Source of the DNA: Takakia lepidozioides
Lineage: Eukaryota > Plantae > Bryophyta
Reading direction: 5' to 3'
DNA: 64,000 bases
Assembly: GCA_030704615.1 (NCBI GenBank)
Contig: CM060733.1
Coordinates: 29,946,001-30,010,000, forward strand
Part shown: positions 25,601 to 38,360 of the stretch, in pieces
Position numbering within the stretch: position 1 is the first letter of the stretch
How the letters are laid out: each line of letters begins with the position of its first letter
Notes under the pieces: generated by a model
Seen by the model: the letters and a program-made list of their open reading frames with translations, nothing else
Told to the model about the DNA's origin: nothing
Databases searched by the model: none
Position numbers and translations under genes: made by a program

Positions 25601-26395
25601 AGATGATGCAACGAGAATTTAGGTAAAGGGATGGATGCAGGATGATCAGTGTTTTTCAAATTATCAGTGATGGATGAAAATGAAGAACCGATGGAGAAAC
25701 AAGTAAAATTCATACAACGGATGGAGAAGAGGATGAAAACAAAATCTTGAAATACATTCATCTGTTTGTCAACGGATGGAAGTAGGGGATGAAAAGTGAA
25801 ATCATGGATGAAAAATTGACAAAGGAATTTAATTGGCAGGTTGACTATTTCAATACTAAAAATGGCGAATTAAGTTATGATCAAGTTATGATCGGCGCAG
25901 AGTATGGGCAAAGGGATGGTCTCAGACCAAACTAAGATCGAGGAGATGAGGATGAAATTAATGTAGCCGCAATTTTATGTTTAGGTGGGGATAAGGCAAA
26001 GGGGGATAATACCGGCCCTTGTCGTGACATTCCACGATGAAGAATCTGATTTAAATTCTCTGTTTGTAGTATATTATGAGCCCATGTGGGCAGTAAGTGG
26101 TGTTGTGTGGTGAAGAAAGAGAGTGAGCACGTATAAATGAGAGCTCTAGGAAGAAGATAGCACCAGTTTACATATGACACTTGGAGTGGATTGAGAAGCG
26201 AGGAAGGTGTAAGCATGTAGTGTGCCTTGTTGTTTTCATAACCAGTGAGTAGGCTCGTGTATCAGGCCTGTTTGGCTGAATATATAGTGATGATTTTGAT
26301 CTATGCCTTGGAGTCTCATGATCATTGGAGAATGGGGAATTTAGACAGAGTACTAACGGTTGATGAAGTTGATGTCTGGGTAGGTCCCCTCTTTT

Positions 26396-26407
26396 TGGTA
26401 TCAGAGC
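26396..26407 (+). promoter_or_regulatory. PBS complementary to initiator Met-tRNA
   Basis: TGGTATCAGAGC. Confidence 0.9.
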
Positions 26408-27436
26408 AGGTCGTTCACCAACAAAGCAAACAGGCTAGTTTCTCATCAGCAAATTTCGAGTTCAACAAGATGGAATGCCAGAGAAAACTATCTGAGTGCA
26501 TCACCTCAAATGGGTGATCTCGTAATCAGGATTGTTGGATTTGCTAATATAGAACTATTAGGATCTGACCCGCATGATCCAAACTATCATCTGCCAGGAG
26601 ACTTGGCCGTGCGTATAGTACACACATGTGATTATACATTGGGAAAAGTGTGGATGCTCAGTCAAGATAGAGTAACGTGGGCTGCAGTAGATACGGATGG
26701 TACGAGTCACGTAAGTGCAATCACATCACGGACAGAGTGACATGATTGTTAGAATCACCAAACGATGTCAAAAGGTACGAGAAGCTGTTCACAATGTCAG
26801 AAGAGTATAACATGATGCTAGATGATATAGATCCTTAACTAGCTGACCTGCACCAACTTCCCAGGGCTGGTGATGAGTTTCTTCAAGGAGTGGATAGTGG
26901 AAGGTTAGTCTTTAGTTTTTGGATTTCTGGCCAAATCGTGGATTTTCAAGTTAAGAGATAGATTGATCAGGGTAGAACATCATGGTGCCCTTAGTAGAAT
27001 GATAATTTGGGAGTTGATAGAGGATAGAGCAAGAAATAGGAGTTGGAGGTGTGTTCACAGAGAGCATTTGGATTATCCTCGTAACGTAGAACGTAGGATC
27101 AGAAGATACTGAACCATGTCGAGCCTAGATAGGTTGCTCTCACCACCTAATCCAACAATAGGAGATGTACTGATCACATTTGACTATCGTATTGTACCAT
27201 TTAGCAATCCACAGCCGAGGTTCTATCAAGTTACACACCCTGTCAACAAGGGTGATATGTGTGTAAGGGTGACACACGAAGGTAATCAAATGACTATTAT
27301 CTTGTGGGTGAGAAGAGCTGATAGGTGGTTTCGAGCAGGAACTATATCACGTAGGTTTACACTCAGTGGTAGAGAAGTGATGGACAGTCAGTGAGAACTG
27401 CCACGAATAGTTTCCAAAGCACGTAATGTTCATAGG

Positions 27437-29040
27437 TTGGAAATGACGAGCCCATCAGGAATAGATGCACCCTTTTATGGTAAAGAGGTAGAAGATGTTG
27501 CTGACTGGTTAGAAAAGTTGCAACTAGTAGGAGATGTGAGAGATCTAACAGAGGACAAGCTATTCAAAGTAGCTAGGCCTAATTTGCAGGGAAGGGCAGA
27601 TGAGTGGTACAAACGCCAAAATCCCAAGCCTACTAACTGGGGAGAATTTCAAGAGTTGGTATTGGCGAAGTATGGACAAGTGGATCCCACGGAGCTCAAG
27701 ATGAAGCTTGACTCCATAAAGCAAGAAAGCAGGCAGCGCGTACAGACCTAGTACGATTGGCTGTCAAAGTTATTCACAAAGGGTCAGATAATAGATCTGG
27801 AGAAAAGGAGAAGATTTCTCAATGGGCTACGCCCAGAAATCATGCGCTTAATGCTGGGAACAAGATTTGTTAACATAGATGATGCTGTGGAAACGACACT
27901 GCAAGTGGAACGAGGATTGGGGGGCATAGGTGAGACACCTTTGGAGCCATTACATGAAGATGACTCTTATGAAGATCACACGTTGGGAGAAACACCGATG
28001 GACAGACGACTAGATGCACTAAATGTCACTTTGAAGAAGTATTTCGAGAAAGGAGCTGGAATCCCTGAGAGTTCAGGAAGCAGAACCTCGCCACATGGGC
28101 AAAGAGTCTGCAACACATGCCATCAGGAAGGACACACTTCAAACTTTTGTCCAACAAATAGAACACCTATTACATGTGGAAAATGCCACAGAATGGGTCA
28201 TAGGACAGAAGTATGTGGGGTAAGATGTTCGAACTGTAAGACATTGGGGCACTTTGAACATGAATGTCGGGCAAAGCAGGAACCAGGAAAGGGAGGACTA
28301 CCTACCACGAATCTACTCCAAATGATGTACAGTGACGAAGAAGCTGTCTTGGCAGAACTCAATGAGATATTCGATCATCATGAGATTAATGAAGTAAGGA
28401 TGCCAAAAAAAAGGGTGCCAATACCAACACTAATGAGTGCACCAGGGATGGAGCGGTCAATTTCAGGAGAGGCATCTGATGGACCAAATGTAACACCAAA
28501 AAGGATCTTGCAACCTCGAGTGAACACACCAAAGTGGCCAGAAACAGGAGGAGGCAGATCCAAGATCCTTAATCATTTTTACAAAGGTAGGATTTCAATG
28601 TCGCCCATGGATTTGATTTTGCAAGTGCCTGGAGAATTTGAGAAACTCAAAGGTCTAGTTAAAGTGGTGGAAAGGTCAATGTCCAGTGACTCTTCCACAG
28701 GAAGAACTCGGACAGCACAGACAGTGCAGGACATTTTGAAATCCCCAAACATAGCATATGCCTACAATGGCAGAGTTCGTGCATTACATGCGTTGGTCAC
28801 AATCGGTGATTTTCAGATCATGGGACAGGTTGACACTGGAGCTATGATCTCAGTCATAGCAGCAACTACAGTGAGGGATCTCGGTCTGATGAAATTAGTA
28901 GTGGATGATAAAGAAATGTCTTATAGAGTGGCATCAGGAGCAGTGGAGACTGCAATGGGAAGACTCGATGACATAAGCGTTACAGTGGGTAAGTTGACAA
29001 ACAGAGTATCCTTCATGGTTGTCAATACAGATACTTATAG
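27437..29040 (+). pseudogene. Gag (three CCHC knuckles) and protease
   Basis: Gag motifs EDVADWL, LQGRADEWY and IKQES. Knuckles CNTCHQEGHTSNFC, CGKCHRMGHRTEVC and CSNCKTLGHFEHEC. Protease motif QVDTGA. In-frame stop at 27749-27751. Confidence 0.88.
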
Positions 29041-29257
29041 GAGGCATATGATGCCTTGGCACAAATTCTGGTTAGGGATGCATGCTCTCAAGCATATGAG
29101 AATGAGCCAATGGATGAACCAGATGAGGATGATGATTTATGGATTGGGAGAAGACAGTCCAACAGCAAGAGGTTGAAACACAAAGGGTCTTCATGGCACA
29201 GCAAGGAATTAAGGACGAGTCTACATCTGAACCAATGAAACCAGCGCAGGAAGAACG

Positions 29258-30700
29258 TTGGGAACAGATCAAAGGCGTTTACAGATCAACCCTGGGCTCA
29301 CGAGAGAACAACGACAACAGCTTCTGGAGATAATCGAAGCAAATCAAATGGCTTTCGCCTTGAACAAAGCAGATCTGGGATTTTGTACAGCAGCTGAACA
29401 TGCTATAGACACCCAAGGATTTCCACCCTGCAGGAGTCAGCCTAAGCGATTGACTGAATGGGAAGAGGATGAAGTACAACGACAAATTGAGGTACTGATT
29501 CAGCAAGGAAAGATGCGAGAAAGCTCTTCGGAATACTCATGTCCAGTAAGTACTTTACCACTAAAGAAAGACGGCAGCAAACGCTTTTGTGGGGATTTCA
29601 GACCCCTCAATCAGCAAACCAGAAGGGACTCCTACCCTATGCCCATCATTCAAGATGTACTATGACAGTTGGGGAAATCCCAGTAGTTCTCAGCTTTGGA
29701 TCTTTAAAGTGGTTTTTGGCAAATCAAAATGCGTGAAGAGGATATCAAGAAGACTGCAGTCATTACACGGAGAGGTTTTTTTGAATGGACAGTCATGCCA
29801 TTCGGTCTGAAAAACGCAACTGCTACCTTCCAGAGAACTATGAACAAGATATTGGCTCAGGAGATTAAGGACCATGTGAAAGTTTTTGTTGATGACATCA
29901 ACATTCATAGTCCAAAGTGGGACAGTCATCTGAAACATGTCATGGGTGTTTTGAAGACGATGCAGGAGTACAATCTCAAGTTAAATCCAGACAAGTGCGA
30001 ATTTGGAAACCAGGAACTTGTATTCCTGGGTCATGTGGTTACCAAGGAAGGGATCAAACCAGATCCAAGGAAGGTGATTGCAATACAGAAGTTTCCCATA
30101 CCAAGGAATGTAACCGCTGTAAAAAGCTACCTGGGGGTCACTAACTACTACAGGTGCTACATGAAGGAGTATGCCCAAGTTGCGAGCCCTCTTTCTGACC
30201 TCACGAAGAAGGAGCAAACGTTTGTGTGGACTCACCAAGCTCAAAATGCGTTCGAGGCATTGCGACTTAAGTTGATCGAGGCTCCTATCCTGGTACGACC
30301 TGATTTCCTTAAACCTTTCATTCTTGATGTTGATTGGTCGAAGAAAGGGGTAGGTGCTGTTTTATCACAAAAAAAAGGACGAAGAGAACACGTAATTGCT
30401 TATGCTAGTAAGGCATTGTCCGAAGCAGAGGAACTATCACCCTATGGAGGGAGAATGTTACGCTCTCGTTTGGGGAATCCTACTCTTTCGCCAATATCTT
30501 TATGGCACATCATTTGTTGTTCGAACGGATCATAAGCCATTGGAATGGCTGGCTACAGTTAGCGACGCCTATGGAAGAAGAGGTAGGTGGATCATGATGC
30601 TACAGGATTTTGATTTCAAGATACAACACAGACCAAGGATGAAGCATGGGAATGTTAATGCTTTAAGTAGGCTTCCAGTAGAGACTGAACCAGACAGAAG
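29258..30700 (+). pseudogene. RT and RNase H
   Basis: RFCGDFRPLN, MPFGLKNA, FVDD, DVDWSKKGVGAVL, EGECYALVW and TDHKPL, with stops and frameshifts. Confidence 0.92.
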
Positions 30701-33428
30701 AGACCCTGAGATACTTGAGCACAGAAATCACAAGGCGAGGAAAGGAAGAGAGTGCCACTCATAATTTATTGGAGTTGTCTCTTGAGGAAGATGTTGCACA
30801 TGCCATCTTGATAGACCTACATCAGACTGACAGCACAGTGTTAGGAGTGAGACAGAGAAGGTTGAAAGAAGTGAAGACTCATGAAATAGATGAAATTCAC
30901 TACTACTTGTTGGCCTGGGCCATTTGGCAGTTCAAAGACTACTTACATAAGCTGCCTTTTGTGGTAAAAACTGACCTACAACCTCTCAAATGGAAGGAAG
31001 CAGGAAAAGTCAGAGGGACAGACTTGACTGATGGATTTATCTTTACTGTGGTGAGTCACCAAGCAGCTCCTGAACAGCAGCAAACTGCGAGTGAAGAAAG
31101 CTGTAGTCAGTCCAACAGCGAGGGTACTGACCAGCAAAAGGAGAGCAAAAAGAAAGTAAAACAAGTTAGGTTTGAATTGCTACCAGGAGTTAACTACCTA
31201 TACTGACAGCGTGTGGGAAGAAATGACAGAATTACCTGAGAGACAGAGGGGTTATGGGCTTTTGTCTGAAGACTTTCCATGGAAACACACCTGTGAGGCA
31301 CAGTCAACTGATAACAGTGAGGGAAAAGGGGAGCAAGCAAAAAGAAAGACGATGTTGAGATAAAGTTGTGCCAAGGGAGGCAATGACTCACAGCAAGAGG
31401 ATGGGGAACATCACCAGCAGTTGGCAACCATGGAGAACGCGCCTGCACAGGCATCAAAACAAAGGGATAATTTTATTGAGAAAGGTGTGACACTAGCAAA
31501 CTGGAAGCCAGCATTAGAGAAAATCCAGTGCAGTCTGAATCTGCCACAGGGAAAGAAAAATAGAATGAGTGAAATGTCATATGGATTACCTGAGGAAGAA
31601 AGCATTAGTGAGCAGAGATTTCACCAAAGGAGTTGTTTTGAGAGTTCATCTGTGAGGAAAAACCAGCATGTCAACTTGAGATGAGAGGAAGAGAGCAATT
31701 CAAAGTGGATTTTTTTGAATAGCAAAAATGTGAAGAAAAGGGCAGGTCAAATCAGTTACTCATAGAACAAGAGAAAGGTCAGCTGAGAGAGGATCATGGA
31801 GAGAAAGACCTTGAGAGTTTGATCTGTAGAAGCCCGAGAGAAAGGAGAGCTAGCTGGTCACCATGCTGGGGTAAGCCTTGAAAGTTCAGCCTGTGAGAAA
31901 CTAGAAAATCACAGTGAGAAAAGAGAGAAGAGTTTGGCAAAACCGCAAGACGAGACCATAAAAAACAATGACTACTCTCAGCAAAAAGGGAGGAAGCTTC
32001 AGCAAGGGAAAATAAGGAAGGATGAGAATCTAACAGGCAAGGGCATTCATCTTCAGGAAACACTTCAGCAAAGCAGTAAAAAATCTGGCAAGGATGGAGC
32101 AACATGGATGTCACAGTCAGTTTTTGCAAGGTTATCAATGAGAGAACTTGACTATGTTTTTGCTTGGATATCTGGAAGGAGAACAACTGGACCAGAAGTG
32201 GTGACAGCAGGTCAGCTGAACACCTGTGCAAAACAAGGAGAACTGGAGGACAAAATTTGGGTGTTGAGACCCAACCAGCAAAGTCTTGACAAAGAGAGAC
32301 CTACTGATGGATTAGAAAAGGCACAAGCTGAAGAAAGAAGGGAAGAAGGGGGGTTATCTTTGACTGGCGGACAGATCTGGAGCAATACTGAAAATCATGA
32401 CCTGCAAGCAAAGGCAACACGGCTGAATGAGGAAAAGAAAGTTGATGAAGTGAAGGTGAAGAAAGTTCACACATTCCAAAACAAATCATATCTTCAGAAA
32501 GGGGCAATCAGATGTGGAACGAGTAGCGGCAGGTGCAAGGGAGCAAGCGAGGCAAAGCATGATCAAGAGGAAGGGCAAACAGGGAGAAGATGGAATGGCG
32601 TGATGAGTGAATACTCAGCTGGAGCAAATCTGGTCAGCTTTAGAGGAGTGAAGATTGAACAGCAGGCCAGCCCTGTTTTGTATTTAAAGGAAGGTCAACG
32701 TCAATGGAAGCCGACCGATGAAAAAGGAGGATAGGTCAGAAGGGAAGACTCCTTATCCTTTTTTGGACTGATACGGAGCATTACAGGCATCATTAACTTG
32801 CACGCCAACAAAGGATATGAGATAAGAGACAGATGGGAAAACAAAGAACCAAGTCAGCCAGATGGGGAAGCAAGAAAGGAGCAAAGAGACAAAATTTGGG
32901 AGTTGAAAACTGAATGTTCAGCAAAATCTTGACAAAGGGAGACCTACTGATGTATTCAAAGAGGAAGAAACTGAAGGAAAAGAGGCGGAAGAAACTTTAT
33001 CTTCGACTGGCAGATGAGGAGCAATTCTGAAAAATATGACCTGTGCACGAAGGCAATGCATCACCAAACAAAGGTAGAATTGGGGTAAAAAAGGGACCAG
33101 CCACTAAAGGATGAAGCAATGACAATGGAAGTTCAGTTTTCCTGTCAAATATCACATCACAAAGAAGAGGGAATAATTCCTGAACCAGTGTCCCACAACG
33201 GTGAAAATGAAGAAGCAAGAAGTGAACAAGACAACCAGATTTGGGAGCCTTCAGCAGAACAGCAAATTACTAAATGGAGACCTGCGTACGGAGATCAAAA
33301 CACACCAAAGGGGTTCAAGTGGGTTGTCACCATGGAAGGAGACGATGGAGATGGTCAGAGGGATGGGCGTGAGGAGAGGGAGATAGCCGGGATAAGAAGA
33401 AATGAAGAACTGAAGGACCAGGCCGGTA

Positions 33429-33646
33429 CTGATCCGCAAGTACTAGCGATTCCAACTTCATGTTCTCCAGTTGCAGAGAACAGTCCAAACTGAGGGCATC
33501 TTTCTAAATTCGCTCCGCCTTAAAGCCTTGCTTCCTATTGTAATTGCCATTGTAGCACGTGTGTAGCCCAGCCCATAAGGGCCATGTGGACGTGACGTCA
33601 ACCCCACCTTCCTCCAGTATATCACTGACAGTTTTTTGTGAGTGCA
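33429..33646 (-). pseudogene. rrn18: Mitochondrial SSU rRNA (rrn18) fragment, NUMT
   Basis: Minus strand reads GATATACTGGAGGAAGGTGGGG...GGCCCTTATGGGCTGGGCTACACACGTGCTACAATGGCAATTACAAT...GAACATGAAGTTGGAATCGCTAGTA. This is the 3' major domain with plant-mitochondrial signatures and many substitutions. Confidence 0.88.
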
Positions 33647-33729
33647 GCACATGGCCTGGATTGTCAAGCTTTTTTACAGAGATTGAGGACTGACATCCAC
33701 CACCAAGAAAGAAGTCACCTGCTGATACT

Positions 33730-35230
33730 GTCACCAATAAACTGTGCATATTTTGCAGGAGACCACTACAACAGATTCCGGCTTTAACGTCTGCCACATT
33801 TGCCCATTCGTAGCATATATGTCTACAAAATGCAAGGGGGCAGTCCTGGTTGCCATTTGTGACCAGCAGTAGTCGTATATGCCACCTTGTACCTCCGCCA
33901 CGTCAGGATCTGCGGTCAAACATGTTTGACCAGATAGGGGAAGATGGTAGATACGACTAGGAGTCATGGCCAAAACTGCAACAGTATGATGTGGGCATGG
34001 GAATGTATGACTGCCGGTATTCACAACTGCACGTGGCGATTGCCGGTTGCCCAAGGAGTGTCTACGTGGACGATGCAAACTTAAATGGATGAAACATATG
34101 CAGAATGTGATTGCAAATGACGACATGTCAATCTACCATTGCTCGCAGGGTTGGACATTCAGGTGCATTGGATGCAAGTGCATCTAACGGTTGCACACGA
34201 TGCATGTTACTAACGCGTGGGCTTGGTGGAGAATAGAGACAAGTCCCGAACATGCGTATGAGAGGCGAACATGCAGGTTCTATGATGGTTGAAGCGGTGC
34301 ACTGCATTTTTCGAAAATCGGCAACACAATTGAAAGACAAAAGGCTTGAGAGAAGACGAAACGATGTATTCAGTGGATACGCACCCTCGTGCAAAACACC
34401 AGCCAGTCATTCACATTCATGGTGATGCAAAATATGTGTAGACAAAAAGACCCAGCGGGTAGTTCAGGGCATCCAAAAAAGAGCGGCGTTCGCTATAACG
34501 CAATCTGCAAATGCATTGGCCTACTCAGAATCATGGCACATTGTGTGCGCAATGACTCTCATTAAATATTACAGGATGCCTTCACATACAAGAGCAGCAA
34601 CAAACTTCATGACTGACATCCTCTCACAACTCCTCTACAGGGAGAACCCAATTGGACAGAGAAGCTTAGTGATGTGGTACCACGCCGCGTAGCCATATAG
34701 GTAGGGGTACCGACGCCCATAGGCGTCCAGCCTTTTGCTATAAGCAGATAGGGAGAAAAATTGAGGCACGGCCTCCCTTCGGTGAATGCCGCTAGTTCCA
34801 AGCCAGTGAAGCACAATTAAACAAGCCTCTTCCGCATGACGGCTAATTCGTTGTGCTTCTGTCTGCTCTGCAGCATACTGAATTGTCTGCTCCCTGCGCT
34901 CCATGTTGCGGTGCCATTGAGTTGTGTGTGCAGTTCTCCTTAAGCGAGATCGCATGGTAGTCGTGTGATGATGGGGCGAGTTGGCCCACAACGATGACCA
35001 CAGCAAATGATTTCGCATGCTAACCGTGTGATGCAAGGGCGATTTGCCAAACGACGAAGTGAACAGGGACGACGTAGACACTGCAAAGAAGTGAGAGCGA
35101 TGAAGAGCGAGCAAGAGCAAACATAATGAAAGGCAAGTGGAGCGAAGTGGAGATATAATCTGCACTCCCGCCAACCTGCTTCCCACCAAATTATAATGCA
35201 GTGGCAAAATGGAGGCACCGTTGCGAGCCA
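33730..35230 (-). pseudogene. Decayed coding remnant, possibly a Helitron Rep N-terminus
   Basis: Weak motif echoes in the expected order: Arg/Gln-rich helix, CVIANAALFW, SLLSFNCV, SRIYH. No HUH or helicase motifs seen. Confidence 0.25.
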
Positions 35231-35377
35231 CACTATCAATGCATCATCAAACTGCCATGAAGGTAAAGTTTAGGGGGGTGGGAAACACAAGGGAAAAAAT
35301 TCCGAGTCAAGCTAACCGTCTGCAAGCCTTCCTGACAAGTCAAATTGACCACCTTGCATGTCCGTGTTTAGGCCACA

Positions 35378-36073
35378 GATTGTACTCATAAGACGTTGTT
35401 TGCCGTAGCCTTGTTGCCATTGATCCCGCGCCCAGTTTGAGCGGGAACAAAAGGTACAGAACCTACCTCTGTCAGGGGCTGACATTGGTAGTAAGACTTA
35501 CCTTCATATATAGAATTAATCCGGGTTTTCCAGATATCCTTTAGAAATCCCTTCACACAAGCATCAATCTGCTGTGTGTGATTTGCCCAAAAACTAGGCC
35601 TCAGGAGGGCTTGGGCTTTTGGCTCAGCCTCGAGACTTTGAAAGTTGGTAAACAGGGGTACAGGCACAATTCCCTTGATAGATTTGAAGAGATCGTCTCT
35701 TTGGTGACAGAACCCCGGACAGTGTATCGGTAAATGAATTCTATCTTCAGATGGCCCACACAACGGACAATTGCACTCTCCCTTTCCTCTCTGCTTCTGT
35801 TTGCTGTTCAAAGGTAGGCTTCCTGCCCTAAGTTTAAATTTCAGTCTAGTGCCGAGAGTAGGTAGACCCGTGAGGTCATCCAAGATGGCATCCCCCATGT
35901 CACTGACTGGAAACAAGTTCAGGGAAGTTTTCTGCCTAACTTCATTTTCATCAGACAATCTCATGGCAACAGACATGGCTTTGGACATTACAGCCTCTGC
36001 CAGGACTCAGCCTCTGTTTCCAAGATATAGAGTCGATTAACTTAGGATATCTGGTGTTGGGCATATGTTGCAG
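35378..36073 (-). mobile_element. 5'-truncated LINE 3' end, copy 1
   Basis: C-terminal CPLC...EDRIHLPIHC zinc finger. Near-identical to 52831-53620, with an internal deletion near 36000. Confidence 0.85.
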
Positions 36074-37058
36074 TACACACATCCACCATTGGCTTTATAA
36101 AAAGTACTTCAGTTGGAGGCACATTTTCTCTTGTCAATTTTGAGATTTCCTAATTGCATGCATAGCAACCATAAGTGAAAAAATCAATTGGACCTGCAAT
36201 TTAGTGGGGTCATAGCCACTCCACTATTGATTTGGAAATGGTGGGTCTTGGTGTAATGCTCACACACCACAAGGTGAAGCGTTTTTTCCAAAATTGCTAA
36301 TTTTCTCCCAAAAATGGCCTTTGGAGTGCAATCTGTTTTGGGCTTGTTTACTTGCCACGTCAGCGGTCAACAAGCCCTTTTCAGGCCCCAAAACGTAAAT
36401 GAGAGATCTAAGATATTTTTTGTAGGTCGTAGCTTTTGTTTTTTTTTTAATTTTTTTTTTTTGCATCATACTCGAGACAAATCCCTTGTCATTAAAGCTT
36501 CAGGAGTGGGCCCCATCAGATTAGATCTGCAAAAATTAGGTCGAACTGCAAATTCAAAGTGACCCAATTCAGGTCGCTTGGGAACTTAAGGGTTAAAAGA
36601 AGCAAAAAGAAAAACAATTGTCGGACGATAGCCAATTCTGAAAAATAGAAAAATAAAATAAAATTCCGAAATTTTGATTTGTTTGGGAAATTTGCCCAAC
36701 CGTATAGGCGGCCTACCATACTGTATCTCATGGATGGAGAGAAAATGTGATGAGGCATGCATGCATGACCCACACGAGAGGGTCCTGGTTGTTGAGTAAA
36801 TGAAAGAAAGGATCAATAGCAGTCCAAAGATAGTCTGAAATCGCAAGATAGTTCACTGGTCAGATTTGTCTCTTGTTCGGTGGTGGGGAATCCCTGCAAC
36901 GGAAGATGGAGTTGGGTCAGCGCATGCGACACCCACAAACAACCACACAAGCTGCTGCAGCACATCAGACACTGCAGTCTTGTCACTTTTGACTTCCTAG
37001 TCAGCCCAACAATCTACGCACGTATTTAGTGAGATCGTGCACTTCATGCATCCCTTTC

Positions 37059-37328
37059 TGTTGAAATTTGTGTGTATTAACGATGAACCCCGAACAGGGA
37101 TGGGAATAAATAGATGTCCACTGGTGACGGATGAGTCACCTAGATAAGTGAGAACCTGATCGCAGACTAATGGACCAAAAACGCCCACATAAGATCTAAG
37201 TATAAGACAAGTCTGCATGCCACTGTGTGAGCATGCCGAGAGCTATAGGACTGACATTCCCTTAATCTCCGTTGTAGTCAGCTAACTAGATGGAAGGCAA
37301 CATGGCCCTAATGTGCTAACTTCCAACA
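37059..37328 (-). repeat. Copia 3' LTR
   Basis: Direct repeat of 48741-49010 with about ten substitutions. Confidence 0.97.
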
Positions 37329-37579
37329 CCCCCCCTCGAGTTGGGCTCGGTAACATCTATTAGCACACGCAACTAACTAATTTGCTACAAAACTTGAAAG
37401 GAGACTACTTAACTTAGTGCCGTAGTGAACCTAAGTAGTCTATTGCAACCATCGTCTAGCTATGGCGTATGAAGCAATCTCACTCAAGTTCGATTTCAGC
37501 CAAAGACTCATTCCAATTGCTCGTCGATGCTGCTCAAATTTGATCCGAGGAAGTACCTTAGTCAGAATATCTGCCGATT

Positions 37580-38305
37580 TGTCGCGGCCCTTTGCCTTGA
37601 GGGCAGGGGGTCGGGACACATGAGGGGCTGCCCCTGTGGTGGGGGCAGCGGCAACGATAGGTATGGGGGGCTGAAGCACCCTTGAGTGCCCAAGGCACTC
37701 AAGGAGGCGGAGGCGCTCACTAGGTGGAGCCCCGCACACCGGGTTGCGGTGGGGGTGGCTCCACAAGGGGTGGTGGTAGCTTAGCGGGACTTAGTGGGGG
37801 TGGCATAGGACTCACCATGGGGGCGGAGACCTCGTGGTGGGAGTTGTGGGGAGTCTTGGGACTCATCACGGTCCATAGGGGCCGTGGTGAGTGGGCCAAG
37901 ACTCACCGCGACTCATCACCGGGAGTCGAGGGTTTTCGTGGTGGTTCGCCATAAAATGGCATGGCTGGTTGTGAAACCCCCGCGGACAGCTACAGAAGTA
38001 TATATAGGGAGTAGTAACCCCGAGAACGGTGCAAGCCCGTTGGTGACCAAAAACTAGTGAGTAAGCGAGCGAGCCGGAAAGCGACCAAAGAGTGGGGAGC
38101 TGTTCCGGATTGCCAACTACCAAAGGGAATTCCCGCTGGTTCCAAATCGGTGGAGGGTTCTTTAGGAGTTCAAAGGGGGACCGTTATGCCCCGGTGAGCA
38201 GCCGAAGCTCCAAGTTGGTCCGGCGGCCAGGTTGGGAGTTAGGCGCGCGCATCAAGCTAGAAACTATGACCTGAAGGGGAGCTTACCGAAGTGAGGTGCG
38301 CGACA
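37580..38305 (+). repeat. Gypsy 5' LTR
   Basis: TGTCGCG...CGCGACA, repeated at 43552-44276. Confidence 0.97.
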
Positions 38306-38360
38306 CTTGGTATCAGAGCTTAGAGTTCAGTACGTGATCGTCCTTGGGATTGGCCTCATC

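Larger units (their letters stand above)
25193..33425 (+). mobile_element. Second Ty3/Gypsy element, degenerate, with no integrase or 3' LTR found (5' boundary uncertain)
   Basis: TGGATGAAA-rich LTR-like region, Met-tRNA PBS at 26396, then gag/PR/RT/RH, then a long purine-rich tail. Confidence 0.75.

Noticed and set aside
33429-33646. Functional rRNA gene or bacterial contamination
   Set aside because: Short, mutated at conserved positions, and embedded in nuclear repeats.
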